A stretch of 64,000 bases of DNA, from assembly GCA_963841085.1 (NCBI GenBank), contig CAWJBF010000009.1, positions 298,669 to 362,668 on the forward strand, written 5' to 3'. The translations under genes were made by a program, and so were the position numbers. The stretch comes from an uncultured Chloroflexia bacterium. Its GTDB lineage: Bacteria > Chloroflexota > Anaerolineae > Aggregatilineales > Phototrophicaceae. Below, piece by piece: positions 19,861-30,150 of the stretch. The notes beneath the pieces were generated by a model. It saw nothing but the letters and a program-made list of their open reading frames with translations, did no database searches and had not been told where the DNA came from. The stretch's first letter is position 1, and every line of letters begins with the position of its first letter.

Positions 19861-21216
19861 CTACTCTGCGTTGAGCAGGTTGTACTCTTCGATCATGACG
19901 TTGGCCGCCGCAGCGGTTTCTGCCAGAACATCTGCCGGGGCAGCGTCTGACAGCAGCACCGTGTCGATGGCCTGCGTCACCAGATTGCGGATGGCCGGGA
20001 AGCTGCCCAGCAGCGCGCCGCTGGTCGCCGGTGTCACGGCGCTCTGGGCGAGCTGATCAAATGCCACGGTCGAATTCGGGTTTTCGTCGAACCAGCCTTC
20101 GCCCTGCAGCATTTCCACCGAACTGTTGCGCAGCGGAATGTAGCCGGTCGTCTGGTGCCAGGTGGCCGCGTTCTCGGTGTTTGTGAAGAAGGCCAGGAAC
20201 GTCAGCGCGCCGTCTTCCACCTCAGGCGCAAGCCATCGGTCAGCCACAGGCTCGCGCCGCCGATCAGGTTGCCCGTCCAGCCAGTCGCGTCGTTGTAGGG
20301 CATGAACGATGCCACCACGTCGAAGCCGTTGTCCACGCCCAGTTGGGTGTAGTAGGTCGTGTCCGAGCTGCTGTAGACGGCCATCGCCACTTCCTGCGCG
20401 CCGAAAGCCTGGTCGACCGTCGCCCACGAGTTGCCACCCTGCGCGCCGCTGTAGTACAGGTAGCCCTTGTTGTACTGATCCTCGAGGAAATTCAGGATCG
20501 CCAGGCCAGCGTCGCTGTTGAACATCGACTTCGGTGGCAGCAGCATCGCGGCCATTGCCGTTATTGGCAAACAGCGCGTCCTGCTGGGCCAGCCACTGCT
20601 CGAAGAACCAGCCATGATTCGGCCAGGTCCAGCAGTACGCCGGCGCAGTGTCGAGCGCCATGATGGCTTCGCAGGCGGCATCGACTTCGGCCCATGTCGC
20701 TGGCGGGGTGTCGATGCCAGCGGCGCTGAGATAGCCCATGTTCGAGAACATGATGGCCGACGAGGTGTTCCACGGCATCGAGGTGAACTCGCCATCGAGC
20801 GTGTAGTAGGCGGTCACGGCCGGGTTGAAGTCCTCAAGGTCGAAGGCCACGCCATTGACCTCGGTGCGGTCGCCCAGCGCCTCGCCAATCGCGCGGAAGT
20901 AACCGCTGTCGCGTGCGTTCTGGGTCGCCACTTCGAAGTACTGCACAATCGCGGGCAGGCTGCCCTGCTCGGAGGCCAGCGCCGTTTGCGTGAACAGTTC
21001 CTCGTAATTCGGATAGCCGGTGATCACGACGTTGTACTGCGGGAACATCTCATTGAACTCGTCTGCGCGTGCCTGCGACCAGCCCAAACGCGAATCATCG
21101 GTAAACGCGATCCACACGGGGATGTCCGTCACGTCCTGCGCGAACGCAGGCACGACTGCCACCACCACGAGCATCAACGCTACCACCAACATCAATACGG
21201 TGAAACGAGCCTTCAT
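19861..21216 (-). CDS. ugpB: ABC solute-binding protein UgpB-like (compensating internal frameshifts)
   Basis: Signal peptide ..PAFAQD, MPWNTSS, IGGASLW (in the alternate frame 20202-20795), WHQTTGYIP. Confidence 0.75.
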   Translation of the reverse strand: MKARFTVLMLVVALMLVVVAVVPAFAQDVTDIPVWIAFTDDSRLGWSQARADEFNEMFPQYNVVITGYPNYEELFTQTALASEQGSLPAIVQYFEVATQNARDSGYFRAIGEALGDRTEVNGVAFDLEDFNPAVTAYYTLDGEFTSMPWNTSSAIMFSNMGYLSAAGIDTPPATWAEVDAACEAIMALDTAPAYCWTWPNHGWFFEQWLAQQDALFANNGNGRDAAATEVDVQQRRWPGDPEFPRGSVQQGLPVLQRRAGWQLVGDGRPGFRRAGSGDGRLQQLGHDLLHPTGRGQRLRRGGIVHALQRRDWLDGQPDRRREPVADRWLAPEVEDGALTFLAFFTNTENAATWHQTTGYIPLRNSSVEMLQGEGWFDENPNSTVAFDQLAQSAVTPATSGALLGSFPAIRNLVTQAIDTVLLSDAAPADVLAETAAAANVMIEEYNLLNAE

Positions 21217-21444
21217 TATGACCTCCTGAATTCAGAACCCAGCTCAATAATCTAGCGCCCTTCTGTTAACAAATATACCGTGCCTCGTTAAGGCCATGCA
21301 AAACATGGGCGGAAAGTGGCCAAGCATTTTGTGCAGTTCGTATAACGAATCAGTTAAATGCTGCCCAAACTGGCCCGGCACTCGCTCCATCGAAATCAGC
21401 CCACCCCCTAACCATTGGGGGGAACGCCCTCCACAAATGGGTCG

Positions 21445-21490
21445 TATACTGCATTCTTGGACGATTGACCACTTTCGCACTTTCGGTCAA
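21445..21490 (+). promoter_or_regulatory. Promoter -10 box and putative TetR operator
   Basis: TATACT at 21445-21450 followed by inverted repeat TTGACC-N14-GGTCAA at 21465-21490. Confidence 0.65.
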
Positions 21491-21525
21491 GGCGTCATTG
21501 ACATTGAATACGGAGGTTTGGGAGA

Positions 21526-22239
21526 TTGGACGAAGGCGACTCGCGCCAGGCGCAGCGCGCCGAACGAATTCTGGAAGCCGCCAGCGACTTGTTCGCCCAC
21601 TACGGCTACGACAAGACGACGATGGAAGATATCGCGCGGGCCGCTGGCGTATCGAAAGGCGCAATCTATCTGCACTTCAGAGGCAAGGAAGATCTGTTCG
21701 ATGCGCTGATCGCACGCGAGAGCGACATCCTTCAGTTGCTCATCATGCAGCGGCTCGAAGCCGAACCCAGGCTCAACATCTTCAGCCTGTACAGGCACTC
21801 GATTGAAGCTGCGCTGGAACGGCCCGTGATGCGGGCGCTGATGATCAGCGACAACCGCGTGCTGGGCGATTTCATGCGGCGCATGAAAAGCGCGCCGCAG
21901 TATGAAGAAACGATGGGCTTCCGCACCGACTTTGTGCAGCAGCTTCAGCAGGCGGGCATGATCCGCGCGGATGTGGACCCCGAAGCACTGTCGGCCGTGC
22001 TAATGGCCATCAAGTTTGGCTATCTCAGCCTGCCCGACCTGCTCGACAACGCGCCGCCGCCGGAAGTGACCGGCGCTGCCATTGCAGACATGCTGCAGCG
22101 GGCCTACGGTACCGAATTTGGCGATAGCGAGGCCGGGCGCGCCGTCATGCGCCAGTTGTTCGAACGCGGGCGCGAATTCATGCAGGCCATGCGCGAGGAA
22201 CGCAGGAAGCCCCATGCCCCATTATCGAAGTCCATGTGA
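21526..22239 (+). CDS. TetR/AcrR-family transcriptional regulator
   Basis: RILEAA..LF...GY.KTTMEDIARAAGVSKGAIYLHF.GKEDL. Confidence 0.95.
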   Translation: MDEGDSRQAQRAERILEAASDLFAHYGYDKTTMEDIARAAGVSKGAIYLHFRGKEDLFDALIARESDILQLLIMQRLEAEPRLNIFSLYRHSIEAALERPVMRALMISDNRVLGDFMRRMKSAPQYEETMGFRTDFVQQLQQAGMIRADVDPEALSAVLMAIKFGYLSLPDLLDNAPPPEVTGAAIADMLQRAYGTEFGDSEAGRAVMRQLFERGREFMQAMREERRKPHAPLSKSM

Positions 22240-22256
22240 ACCACGAGGAGGGAACG

Positions 22257-23207
22257 ATGGACGTACCTGTGTTGCAAACCGAACATCTCACCAAAAGCTA
22301 CGGCAAAGGCATCAAGCAGCTTGCCCTGAATGACCTGTCGCTGACGGTGAATCACGGTGAAATCTTCGGCTACCTGGGCCCTAACGGCGCCGGGAAGACG
22401 ACCACCATCAAGCTGCTGCTCGACCTGATTCGGCCCACCAGCGGCAGCGCCCGGATTTTCGGGCTGGACGCTAACGCGCAAAGCATGGCCACGCGCAAAC
22501 GCATGGGCTACCTTCCCGGTGAACTTGCGTTGTGGCACGGGCAAACGGCCAAACACGTGATTGGCTACTTCGCCAGCCTGCGTGGAGGCGTAGACGCGAC
22601 GTTTTTGGACAGCCTGATCCAACGTCTGGAATTCGACCCGGGCAAGAAAATCCGGGAGTACTCGTCAGGCAACAAGCGCAAACTCGGCCTGGTGCTGGCG
22701 CTCATGCACCAGCCCGAACTGCTGATTCTGGACGAGCCGAGCAGCGGCCTCGACCCGCTGGTGCAACAGACGTTTATGCAGCTCATGCGTGAAGCGCGCG
22801 CCAACGGCCAGACCGTGTTCCTGTCGTCGCATGTCTTGGCCGAAGTGCGCGCGATTTGCGACCGTGTGGGAATCCTGCGCGAAGGGCGGCTGGAAGAAGT
22901 CAAGCGGGTGGACGCCCTGATGAAACAGGACTACCGCGTGGTCGTCACCCGCCTGCGCGAACCCGCGCCGGAAACCGTGTTTTCGGCCGTGCCGGGCGTC
23001 AGCAGCATTCAGATCAACGGGCGCGAGGCGACGTTCAATCTGGCCGGCGACTTCAACCCGCTGTTGGATGCCCTGCGCGGAATCTATGTCGAAGACATGT
23101 ACGTGGTCGAGCCGTCGCTCGAAGACATCTTCCTCACCTACTACGGCGATCATCCCACCAATGGCAAGATGCCGAATACACAGAAGACGCAGGAGAAAGC
23201 ATCATGA
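22257..23207 (+). CDS. ABC-2 exporter ATP-binding protein
   Basis: GPNGAGKTT, YSSGNKRK, LILDEP, SSH. Confidence 0.95.
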   Translation: MDVPVLQTEHLTKSYGKGIKQLALNDLSLTVNHGEIFGYLGPNGAGKTTTIKLLLDLIRPTSGSARIFGLDANAQSMATRKRMGYLPGELALWHGQTAKHVIGYFASLRGGVDATFLDSLIQRLEFDPGKKIREYSSGNKRKLGLVLALMHQPELLILDEPSSGLDPLVQQTFMQLMREARANGQTVFLSSHVLAEVRAICDRVGILREGRLEEVKRVDALMKQDYRVVVTRLREPAPETVFSAVPGVSSIQINGREATFNLAGDFNPLLDALRGIYVEDMYVVEPSLEDIFLTYYGDHPTNGKMPNTQKTQEKAS

Positions 23208-24016
23208 CGGGCAAAATCTTCGCGGAAACGCTGGGCCGGGGCTGGCGCAACATGCTCTACTGGGGCGTGGGCATGGCCTTCTATTCGCTCGTAATAACCG
23301 TGGCCGTGCTCGATGACCAAACACTCGAGCAAATGCTGTCGCTCATCAACTCGATGCCCAGCTTCCTGATGCAGGGCTTCATGGGCAGCGCCGATATCGC
23401 CTTCATGACGACCGCCAACGGCTATTTTGCCACCAAGTACTTCACGACCGGCCTGCTCATCTTCAGCGCCTACGCCGTGATGGCTGGCATGTCGGTGACC
23501 GCTAACGACGAGGACTCTGGCATTCTCGACAGCTTCCTCAGCCTGCCGATCCAACGCTGGTCGGTCATCATCGAGCGCGGGCTGGCGCATGCCCTGATGC
23601 TGCTCGGCGTGCTGCTGATCGCGTTCCTGGGCGTCGCTATCGGCACCGTGTTCGTGCCACAGATGTCCTACGACCTGGGCGGTATCATCGTCGGCATGTT
23701 CAACATGCTCCCCAGCTTGCTGTTCGTGCTGGCCGTCACCATCTTGTTCGGCGTACTGTTCCGCCGCCGCTCGGTGGCGCTGGGTGCAGCCTCTGCACTG
23801 GTTATCTCCAGCTACATGCTGGCCTTCGCAAGCAACGGAGCGCCCAATTCGGCAATCGCTATTCTCGGTCGGCTGTCGTTCTATCATTACTACAACGGCG
23901 TTGGCGTGATGCAGTTTGGCCTCGACTACGGCAATGTGGGGTTGCTGGTAGCCGTAGCCGCGTTGTTTGCCGTCCTGTCGGTCTGGCGCTTCCAGCGGCG
24001 CGACATTGGGCTGTAG
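23204..24016 (+). CDS. ABC-2 exporter permease
   Basis: ATGA overlap with the ATPase; 6 TM helices, DEDSGILD..LSLP..R, WRFQRRDI. Confidence 0.9.
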   Translation: MTGKIFAETLGRGWRNMLYWGVGMAFYSLVITVAVLDDQTLEQMLSLINSMPSFLMQGFMGSADIAFMTTANGYFATKYFTTGLLIFSAYAVMAGMSVTANDEDSGILDSFLSLPIQRWSVIIERGLAHALMLLGVLLIAFLGVAIGTVFVPQMSYDLGGIIVGMFNMLPSLLFVLAVTILFGVLFRRRSVALGAASALVISSYMLAFASNGAPNSAIAILGRLSFYHYYNGVGVMQFGLDYGNVGLLVAVAALFAVLSVWRFQRRDIGL

Positions 24017-24167
24017 CTAGCTGGCACAGTGCGCCAATCTTTCAAAGCCGGTTCATCAAATGGCCCTCCAAATTGGAGGGCCAATCAGTTTTGGATGTGC
24101 TATACTCTGGCAATCTTGCGCAGCCTTAGGCGCATGGTTGTATCCAAGTACAGGAGGCTTTCCCGCT

Positions 24168-25244
24168 ATGTCTCGTAAAGCACTGTTTTTGCTCGTGGTA
24201 GTCGCCCTGATCGGTTGTTCCGTTTGTAGGGATCGCTGCTCAGGATCCCCTGATCGAATCCGTCTGCTTCGTGACCGACGTCGGCAAGCTCAATGATGGC
24301 ACCTTCAACCAGAACACGTACGCGGGCCTCACCCGCGCCTGCCGAAGACTTCGGCCTCGATACCACTTTTATCGAGACGCAGGCCCCAACCGACTATGAG
24401 GCCAACATCAGCACTTGCTTGACTGAAGGCTACGACGCCGTTCTGACCGTAGGCTTCCTCATCACCGATGCCACGCGCGCGGCCGCCGAGGCCAATCCGG
24501 ACACCTATTTCATCGGCGTCGACCAGTTCTTCGCCGACCCGCTGCCGAACCTGGTGGGTGTGAAGTTCCGCGAAGACCAGGCTGGTTTCCTCGTCGGCGT
24601 GATGGCGGGCCTGATGACCGAGAGCAACACGGTCGCTGGTGTATACGGCATCGACATTCCACCGGTCGTGAAGTATCGCAACGGCTTCGAGGCAGGGCCT
24701 TGCCTATAGCAATCCGGACGCGACGACCCTCGGCGTGTACATCGACAGCTTCGTTGCCCCGGATCGCGGTGCGGCGGCTGCCGAGCAGTTCATCGGTGAA
24801 GGCGCAGACGTGATCTTCGGCGCTGGCGGCCCCACTGGTTCGGGCGGCATCACATTCGCGGCCCAGAATGGCGTGTACCTGTCATTGGCGTTGACCAGGA
24901 TGAGTACTTCACCACCTTCGGCGGCGGCGAGACCCCCGGCGCTGAGAACTTGATCACCAGCGCTCTCAAGCGTCTGGATGACGGCGTGTACCAGATGATT
25001 GAAGCGCTGGTCAATGGTGGTGAAGGCTGGCCGACCGACGCGAGCATCTACGTCCTCGATGTGGCCGAGAACGACGGCATCAGCTTCGCGCCCGCGCACC
25101 GACGCAGACGTGCCGGAAGAAGTGACGGCTGCCGTTGAGGCGGCTCTCGCGGGCCTGATCGATGGCTCGATTGAGACAGGCGTGGACCCGGTCACGGGCG
25201 CGCTGCTGAGCGAGATGGAACCAGAAGCGACCCCCGCGTCGTAA
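24168..25244 (+). CDS. BMP/PnrA-family nucleoside ABC substrate-binding protein (multiple frameshifts)
   Basis: AGGAGG Shine-Dalgarno; CFVTDVGKLNDGTFNQ, FREDQAGFLVG, GADVIFGAGG.TG, TSALKR spread across several frames. Confidence 0.8.
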
Positions 25245-25276
25245 CTCCGGCAAGTTCTCCACAGCCTTAGTACCAG

Positions 25277-25309
25277 TCGGGGCCGGTCAAATTGACCGGC
25301 CCCTGTTTA
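25277..25309 (+). terminator. Rho-independent terminator-like hairpin
   Basis: ggggccggtcaa-a-ttgaccggcccc followed by tgtttatt. Confidence 0.65.
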
Positions 25310-25390
25310 TTGTCGAATTGACCGCACAGCCCTTCCCCACTGCGATAGGTCCAAACCCGGCGACGCACGAAAGAATTTGAGAACAATCTG

Positions 25391-25500
25391 CCGACAGGGG
25401 ATAAATCCCCCGTCTGGAAAAACCAAATCCGCTAAAGGGACTACAAACAGTCTCTTTAGCGGATTTGTCGTATCCTGCTGCCGGACTGAAGTCCGACGCA
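25391..25500. repeat. REP/REPIN-like composite palindrome
   Basis: ggggataaatcccc, aaatccgctaaagggac...gtctctttagcggattt and cggactgaagtccg; same architecture as 7948-8052. Confidence 0.65.
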
Positions 25501-25576
25501 GATCCAGCCGCAGAGCCTTAGCCTGCGTCCTGCCAGGGCACATCTCCACTCGCTGGTTACTCACCGCGAGTCGCCG

Positions 25577-25612
25577 AAAAGAAAGAGGCGCGCCACGGTG
25601 GGCGCGCCTCTT
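25577..25612 (-). terminator. rny intrinsic terminator
   Basis: aagaggcgcgcc-caccgt-ggcgcgcctctt followed by a T-run on the minus strand. Confidence 0.8.
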
Positions 25613-25640
25613 AAGTGTCACCGTCGTTGGAAACCCGGGC

Positions 25641-27179
25641 CTAACGCGCGAACTCGACTGAGCGCGTCTCGCGGATGACCTGCACCTTGATCTGGCCCGG
25701 ATACTGCATGCTCTCTTCGATCTTGCGGGCAATATCCCGCGAAAGCTGAAGCGCCTTCAGATCGTCCACCTCGTCGGGGCGCACAATGATACGCACCTCG
25801 CGGCCCGCCTGCAGCGCGTAGCTTTGTTCGACGCCGGTGAAGCTGTTGGCGATCTCTTCGAGCGTGCGCACGCGCCGCACATACGATTCGAGGCTTTCAC
25901 GGCGCGCACCGGGCCGCGCACCCGAGATTGCGTCCGCCGCCTCAACGATGTACGACTCCACGTATTCCTGTTCAACTTCATGATGATGGCTGCCAATCGC
26001 ATTCACCACCTTGGGATGCAGACCGTAGCGTTTGGCGATCTCCGCGCCAATCTGTGCGTGTGTGCCTTCGACTTCATGGTCAATTGCCTTGCCAATGTCG
26101 TGCAGCAGCGCGCCGGCCTTGGCAACCATCACGTCGGCGCCCAGTTCAGCGGCGATCATGCCGGCGATGTGCGCGCTCTCTATCGCGTGCGCGTGCATAT
26201 TCTGGCCGTAGCTGCTGCGGTATTTGAGCCGCCCGAGCAGCTTGATGATTTCGGGGTGCAAGCCGGGCACGCCGACTTCAAAAGCCGCGCGTTCGCCTTC
26301 CTGGCGAATGACCGCGTCCAACTCGGCCCGCGAGTCTTCGACCAGCTTTTCGATACGCGCCGGATGAATGCGGCCGTCCACGACCAGCTTGGCCATCGAA
26401 CGCTTGGCGACTTCACGACGGATCGGGTCGAAGCTGCTGATGGTAATTGCCTCGGGCGTGTCATCGACGATTACATCGACACCGGCGGCCATTTCGAAGG
26501 CGCGAATGTTGCGGCCATTGCGGCCAATGATGCGCCCCTTCAACTCGTCGGAAGGTAGCGGGATGACGCTGACGGCGATTTCCGACACCTGCTCGGACGC
26601 CAGCCGCTGCACGGTCATGGAAATGACCTCGCGTGCCCGCGATTCGGCCTCTTCCTTCGCTTCAGCCTCCACCTGGCGGATGATGCGCGCCACATCATTG
26701 CGCGCTTCCTGCTCGGCAAGCAGCATCACCTCGCGCTTGGCTTCGTCGATGGTCATCTGGGCGATGCGCTGCAATTCGGCAGCGCGTTCCTCTTCCAGCA
26801 GGGCCAGGTCGGCCTGCTGTTTGTCCAGGCGGCTCTGGCGCTTGTTGAGCGTTTGTTCGCGCAGATCCATCCGCTCGAAGCGCTTGTCGAGGTCTTCGCG
26901 GCGGTTCTGCATCCGCTCGTCCTCACGGTCCAAATCGCGGCGGCGGCGCAGCGCAGTTTCATTGGCTTCGTCCAGCACCGACTTGGCTTTGTCGGCCGCG
27001 TCGCGCTGAACCTCCTGTGCCTTAAGCTGTGCCGTTTGGAGCGCCGACTGCGCCTCCTGTTCGGCGCGCTGACGGCGGCCGCTGATGCGCTGATTATCAA
27101 GGTAGTACATAACGCCGGCGCCAATGGCTAATCCAGCCACCAGCGCGACGAGGACACTGACTAGACTTCCTGCGTCCAT
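25641..27179 (-). CDS. rny: Ribonuclease Y
   Basis: N-terminal TM helix, coiled coil, KH domain KGRIIGRNGRNIR, HD domain LLHDIGK, ADAISGARPGAR. Confidence 0.98.
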   Translation of the reverse strand: MDAGSLVSVLVALVAGLAIGAGVMYYLDNQRISGRRQRAEQEAQSALQTAQLKAQEVQRDAADKAKSVLDEANETALRRRRDLDREDERMQNRREDLDKRFERMDLREQTLNKRQSRLDKQQADLALLEEERAAELQRIAQMTIDEAKREVMLLAEQEARNDVARIIRQVEAEAKEEAESRAREVISMTVQRLASEQVSEIAVSVIPLPSDELKGRIIGRNGRNIRAFEMAAGVDVIVDDTPEAITISSFDPIRREVAKRSMAKLVVDGRIHPARIEKLVEDSRAELDAVIRQEGERAAFEVGVPGLHPEIIKLLGRLKYRSSYGQNMHAHAIESAHIAGMIAAELGADVMVAKAGALLHDIGKAIDHEVEGTHAQIGAEIAKRYGLHPKVVNAIGSHHHEVEQEYVESYIVEAADAISGARPGARRESLESYVRRVRTLEEIANSFTGVEQSYALQAGREVRIIVRPDEVDDLKALQLSRDIARKIEESMQYPGQIKVQVIRETRSVEFAR

Positions 27180-27257
27180 GCTCGATTGTGCGTGCAACCA
27201 GGCTCACGGCCCGGCGGCGGCGCAACCCTCCTTTCATTCGGGTGGATAGTGATTGTC

Positions 27258-27944
27258 CTAGCTGTCATAGTCCTCCAACATGTCCTCAGCGGGTCCATCG
27301 GAGAGCAGCCCGTCAGCTTCCAGTTCGTCCAGCAGTCGAGACACCGCTTCCCGGCTCAAACGCGGCGAAAAGCCACGGCGGGCGAGGAACATCATCAGCT
27401 TCTGGCGCAGTTCGGCCCGTTCGGTGCTGCGAATCCGGCGTAACTGGGATTGCGCGGCGCGATAGGCGTCATCATCTTCATCCTGCGTTTGAAGCACATC
27501 GTCAATGATGTCAGCAGCGATGCCCTTCTGCCGCAGCTCGTAACGCAGCGCGCGGGCGCTGAGCGGTTTGAACTGACGGCGGTTGTTCACCCAGAACTCG
27601 GCAAAGGCGTGGTCATCAAGATAGCCGAGCGCGCGCAGCCGTTCCATCGCACTGTCGATGGCGGGCTGCGGAACGTCTTTTTGGGCCAGCGAACGGCGCA
27701 CTTCCTGCTCACTGCGCGGACGAGTAGCGAGAAAGCGGACGGCGCGATCCACCGCGCGCGACACTTCATCGTCCCCGCGCAGCTTCGCAATATCTGCGTC
27801 GCCTAGCGCCTGACCCTTATGCAGTTTCGCCGCTTCGTCGAGGCTCAGACTGAACGCGAACGTATCGTTCACAAACACATTGACGCGCTTCACATTGCGC
27901 TTCTGCGTTTCCAGCCCGGTGATGATGTGGGTATTATCGCCCAT
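27258..27944 (-). CDS. recX: Regulatory protein RecX
   Basis: RVNVFVN, A.RFLA.RPRSE.EVR, GYLDD.AFA, LRYELRQKG, FLARRGF. Confidence 0.92.
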   Translation of the reverse strand: MGDNTHIITGLETQKRNVKRVNVFVNDTFAFSLSLDEAAKLHKGQALGDADIAKLRGDDEVSRAVDRAVRFLATRPRSEQEVRRSLAQKDVPQPAIDSAMERLRALGYLDDHAFAEFWVNNRRQFKPLSARALRYELRQKGIAADIIDDVLQTQDEDDDAYRAAQSQLRRIRSTERAELRQKLMMFLARRGFSPRLSREAVSRLLDELEADGLLSDGPAEDMLEDYDS

Positions 27945-28125
27945 ACGCCCCGCCGACACAGCTTGCTGCGGCCGTTACCCACAGTTGGGAAACGGTCTCA
28001 AGCAACCATGCACCTGATTCGGTGGGGTGGTGCGATCAAGGAGTTGTGATACGCGCACGAATCCGGCCAGCGGCCGGCTGAAGTCGAGCGAGTGCGTTAT
28101 CCGGACTGAATAAGTTCTATTCCGG

Positions 28126-28330
28126 GTTGGATGATAGCCAGTTTCTCAGATCGCTTCATCGTAATTCGCCAAATCGCGCGCCGCAGCAAATGCCGCGTGC
28201 ACAGCTCTTTTGTCGCGTCCTCTCACCGGACGTTGGGATGGTGTGCGCCCAACCGGCGCTATTAGCGCGCCTCGATGGGTTGAGTGTCGTTTTCCGTATC
28301 TGCAAGCTTCGGCCAAATCAATGACCAACT
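28126..28330 (-). ncRNA. Candidate ~205-nt rod-shaped structured RNA (6S-like or novel)
   Basis: Nested 5'/3' pairings GUUGG/CCAAC, UGAU/AUCA, GGCCG/UGGCU, CAGAU/AUCUG, CAUCG/CGAUG, CGCUAA/UUGGCG, GCGCCG/CGGCGC; the promoter places the start at the 5' end of the stem. Confidence 0.55.
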
Positions 28331-28336
28331 GTTCAT

Positions 28337-28365
28337 ATTATGCATGGATGAAGGCGTTTTCACAA
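28337..28365 (-). promoter_or_regulatory. sigma70-type promoter for the ncRNA / recX-rny transcript
   Basis: TTGTGA-N17-CATAAT on the minus strand. Confidence 0.6.
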
Positions 28366-28444
28366 CTCTTTGGTTATGCGCGGTTTACGCCGCAAGCTCA
28401 ACCGGATAGAATCCAGCCCGTTGCCCTGCCTGAGCGAATACTGA

Positions 28445-29248
28445 ATGAGCACACCCGGCCCCAAGCGACAGCGCATACTCGTCACCGGCGGCGGCACGCT
28501 GCTGGGCGATGCGATCGCGGCGGCGCTGCTGGCGGAGGGCGCGGAAGTCACGCTGCTGATACGGCCCGGCGTGGAGAACCGCCTCGGCGCGCTCGGCCAG
28601 CGCGTGCGTGAAGTCAGCGCCGATGTGTGGGAACCGTCCTCACTCAAGGGGCACGCGCGCGGAATGGCCGCCGTGATTCACACCGTGGGCGGCATGACCG
28701 CCGACGCCGCGCACGGGCTAAGTTACTCCTACCTCAACATCGTCTCGGCGCGCAATGTGGCGAACATGGCTGTCAACGGCGGCGCGCCGCGCATGGTGCT
28801 GCTCAGTGCGGTGGCCGCGCCGTGGGTGCCGCGCGGTTATGTGCACGCCAAACGCGATGCCGAGCAGTATCTCGAACGCATCGGCCTGCGAGCGACCATC
28901 ATCCGCGCCCCGATTGTCTACATTCGCGGCAGCAAACGGCGACTGTTCTATCGCGCCATTTCCGGGCTGGGTGATTTTCCGCTCACGGGGTGGATGGGTT
29001 TTCGCGCGCTGGCCCCACTGCCGCTGGATGTGGTCGCGCGCGGAGTCGCCCGCATCACGCTGGCCCCACGCACCGAGAAGCTCATCTATGGCGCGAAAGA
29101 CCTGCGCAACCACAACTCAGCACGTGAGCTTCGGCGCGGGATGACTGGCGATGGCCGGACGATTGACGACGTTCTCGCGCCCGCCTCGACGATTCAACTG
29201 CTGGATGATGAAATTCCGTTTGGCTGGACGCCCGGCGAGCCAGAATAG
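28445..29248 (+). CDS. Atypical SDR / NAD(P)H-binding protein (NDUFA9-like)
   Basis: ILVTGGGTLLG, YVHAKRDAE. Confidence 0.8.
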   Translation: MSTPGPKRQRILVTGGGTLLGDAIAAALLAEGAEVTLLIRPGVENRLGALGQRVREVSADVWEPSSLKGHARGMAAVIHTVGGMTADAAHGLSYSYLNIVSARNVANMAVNGGAPRMVLLSAVAAPWVPRGYVHAKRDAEQYLERIGLRATIIRAPIVYIRGSKRRLFYRAISGLGDFPLTGWMGFRALAPLPLDVVARGVARITLAPRTEKLIYGAKDLRNHNSARELRRGMTGDGRTIDDVLAPASTIQLLDDEIPFGWTPGEPE

Positions 29249-29411
29249 CCGAAAGACCTCTCGGCCCATGCCCCGTTTGAGCGCGGTTCTATTGGGGTGG
29301 ATGATGTGATATCAAGCGGACGCGCAGTTGCGCGTCCGGCTTCCAATATCACGAAGAGTTGAGCCGCACTATCCTCTGGTGGCCCCGGAGACACCCGCTT
29401 CTTCTACCAGT

Positions 29412-30107
29412 TCAGGCGCTCACATCCCGTATCGTCACTGGCGTGCCATAGGCGGCCAGCGTTGAATCGGCCGTGTCGCTCACTGGCACATCGGCGTACA
29501 GCCCGCCGCACGGCTCGATCTCGTAGCCGGACTCGTCGCTCTGGAACAACTGCACGCGCAGACGAGTATGCGTGTACGCGCCCACCGTTACCTGAAACTG
29601 CTGCTGCACCGGCCGGTTCTCGACCTGCATAGTGATTTCGGCCGGCGAACCTGCGTCGCCATGCACGGCGCTGAAACGCACCACCACCGGCGCAGGACCG
29701 GACAGCAGTTCGTCGTCCTCAGCGCCTTCAAAGCCCACGATCACCGAAGCGGCCGCGCCCGATTTCAACATGCGCGGCGCAACCAGCACCAGCCGCCGCA
29801 GCGCCGACCCCACGCTCACGCTGATGGCGGCCGCGCTTTCGCGCTCTTCGGGCGGCGTCACCAGATCGTATTCGAGCATATCGGCCACGGCGCGGCGGCC
29901 CGAGTCGGACATGCGGTAGACTTGATCGCCATCCATGATCAGATAGCCCTTGGTCACGAGGCGGCGGATCGCTTTGCCAAACGCGCGGTCGCTTAAATCA
30001 GCGCGGTCGGTAATCTCGTCGGCATGCGCCGAAGTCTGGCCAGTTGCGCCAAAAAAGCGCAGGACATCAAGCGCCTCGGGCGGAAGTGACTGCAAATTCA
30101 GTGGCAT
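29412..30107 (-). CDS. Hypothetical protein with N-terminal winged-helix-like domain
   Basis: LSDRAFGKAIRRLVTKGYL..Y.MS..G resembles a wHTH; C-terminal beta-rich domain. Confidence 0.6.
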   Translation of the reverse strand: MPLNLQSLPPEALDVLRFFGATGQTSAHADEITDRADLSDRAFGKAIRRLVTKGYLIMDGDQVYRMSDSGRRAVADMLEYDLVTPPEERESAAAISVSVGSALRRLVLVAPRMLKSGAAASVIVGFEGAEDDELLSGPAPVVVRFSAVHGDAGSPAEITMQVENRPVQQQFQVTVGAYTHTRLRVQLFQSDESGYEIEPCGGLYADVPVSDTADSTLAAYGTPVTIRDVSA

Positions 30108-30150
30108 TTCCACGGCGTCTACCCTCCTGCACCTGCTCGACGTGATGTAT

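Noticed and set aside
18500-25244. Clustered frameshifts in the ugpE/A/B-like and BMP genes (also near 645, 42345, 46490 and 61950-62090) as programmed frameshifting or pseudogenisation
   Set aside because: They are scattered small indels in otherwise intact genes, with no slippery heptamers and no accumulation of in-frame stops. Long-read consensus error is the simplest explanation; raw reads would be needed to decide.
25310-25640. Possible tmRNA, 6S or other ncRNA between the BMP gene and rny
   Set aside because: Explained by two terminators plus a REP-like palindrome; there are no tRNA-like ends and no clear promoter.
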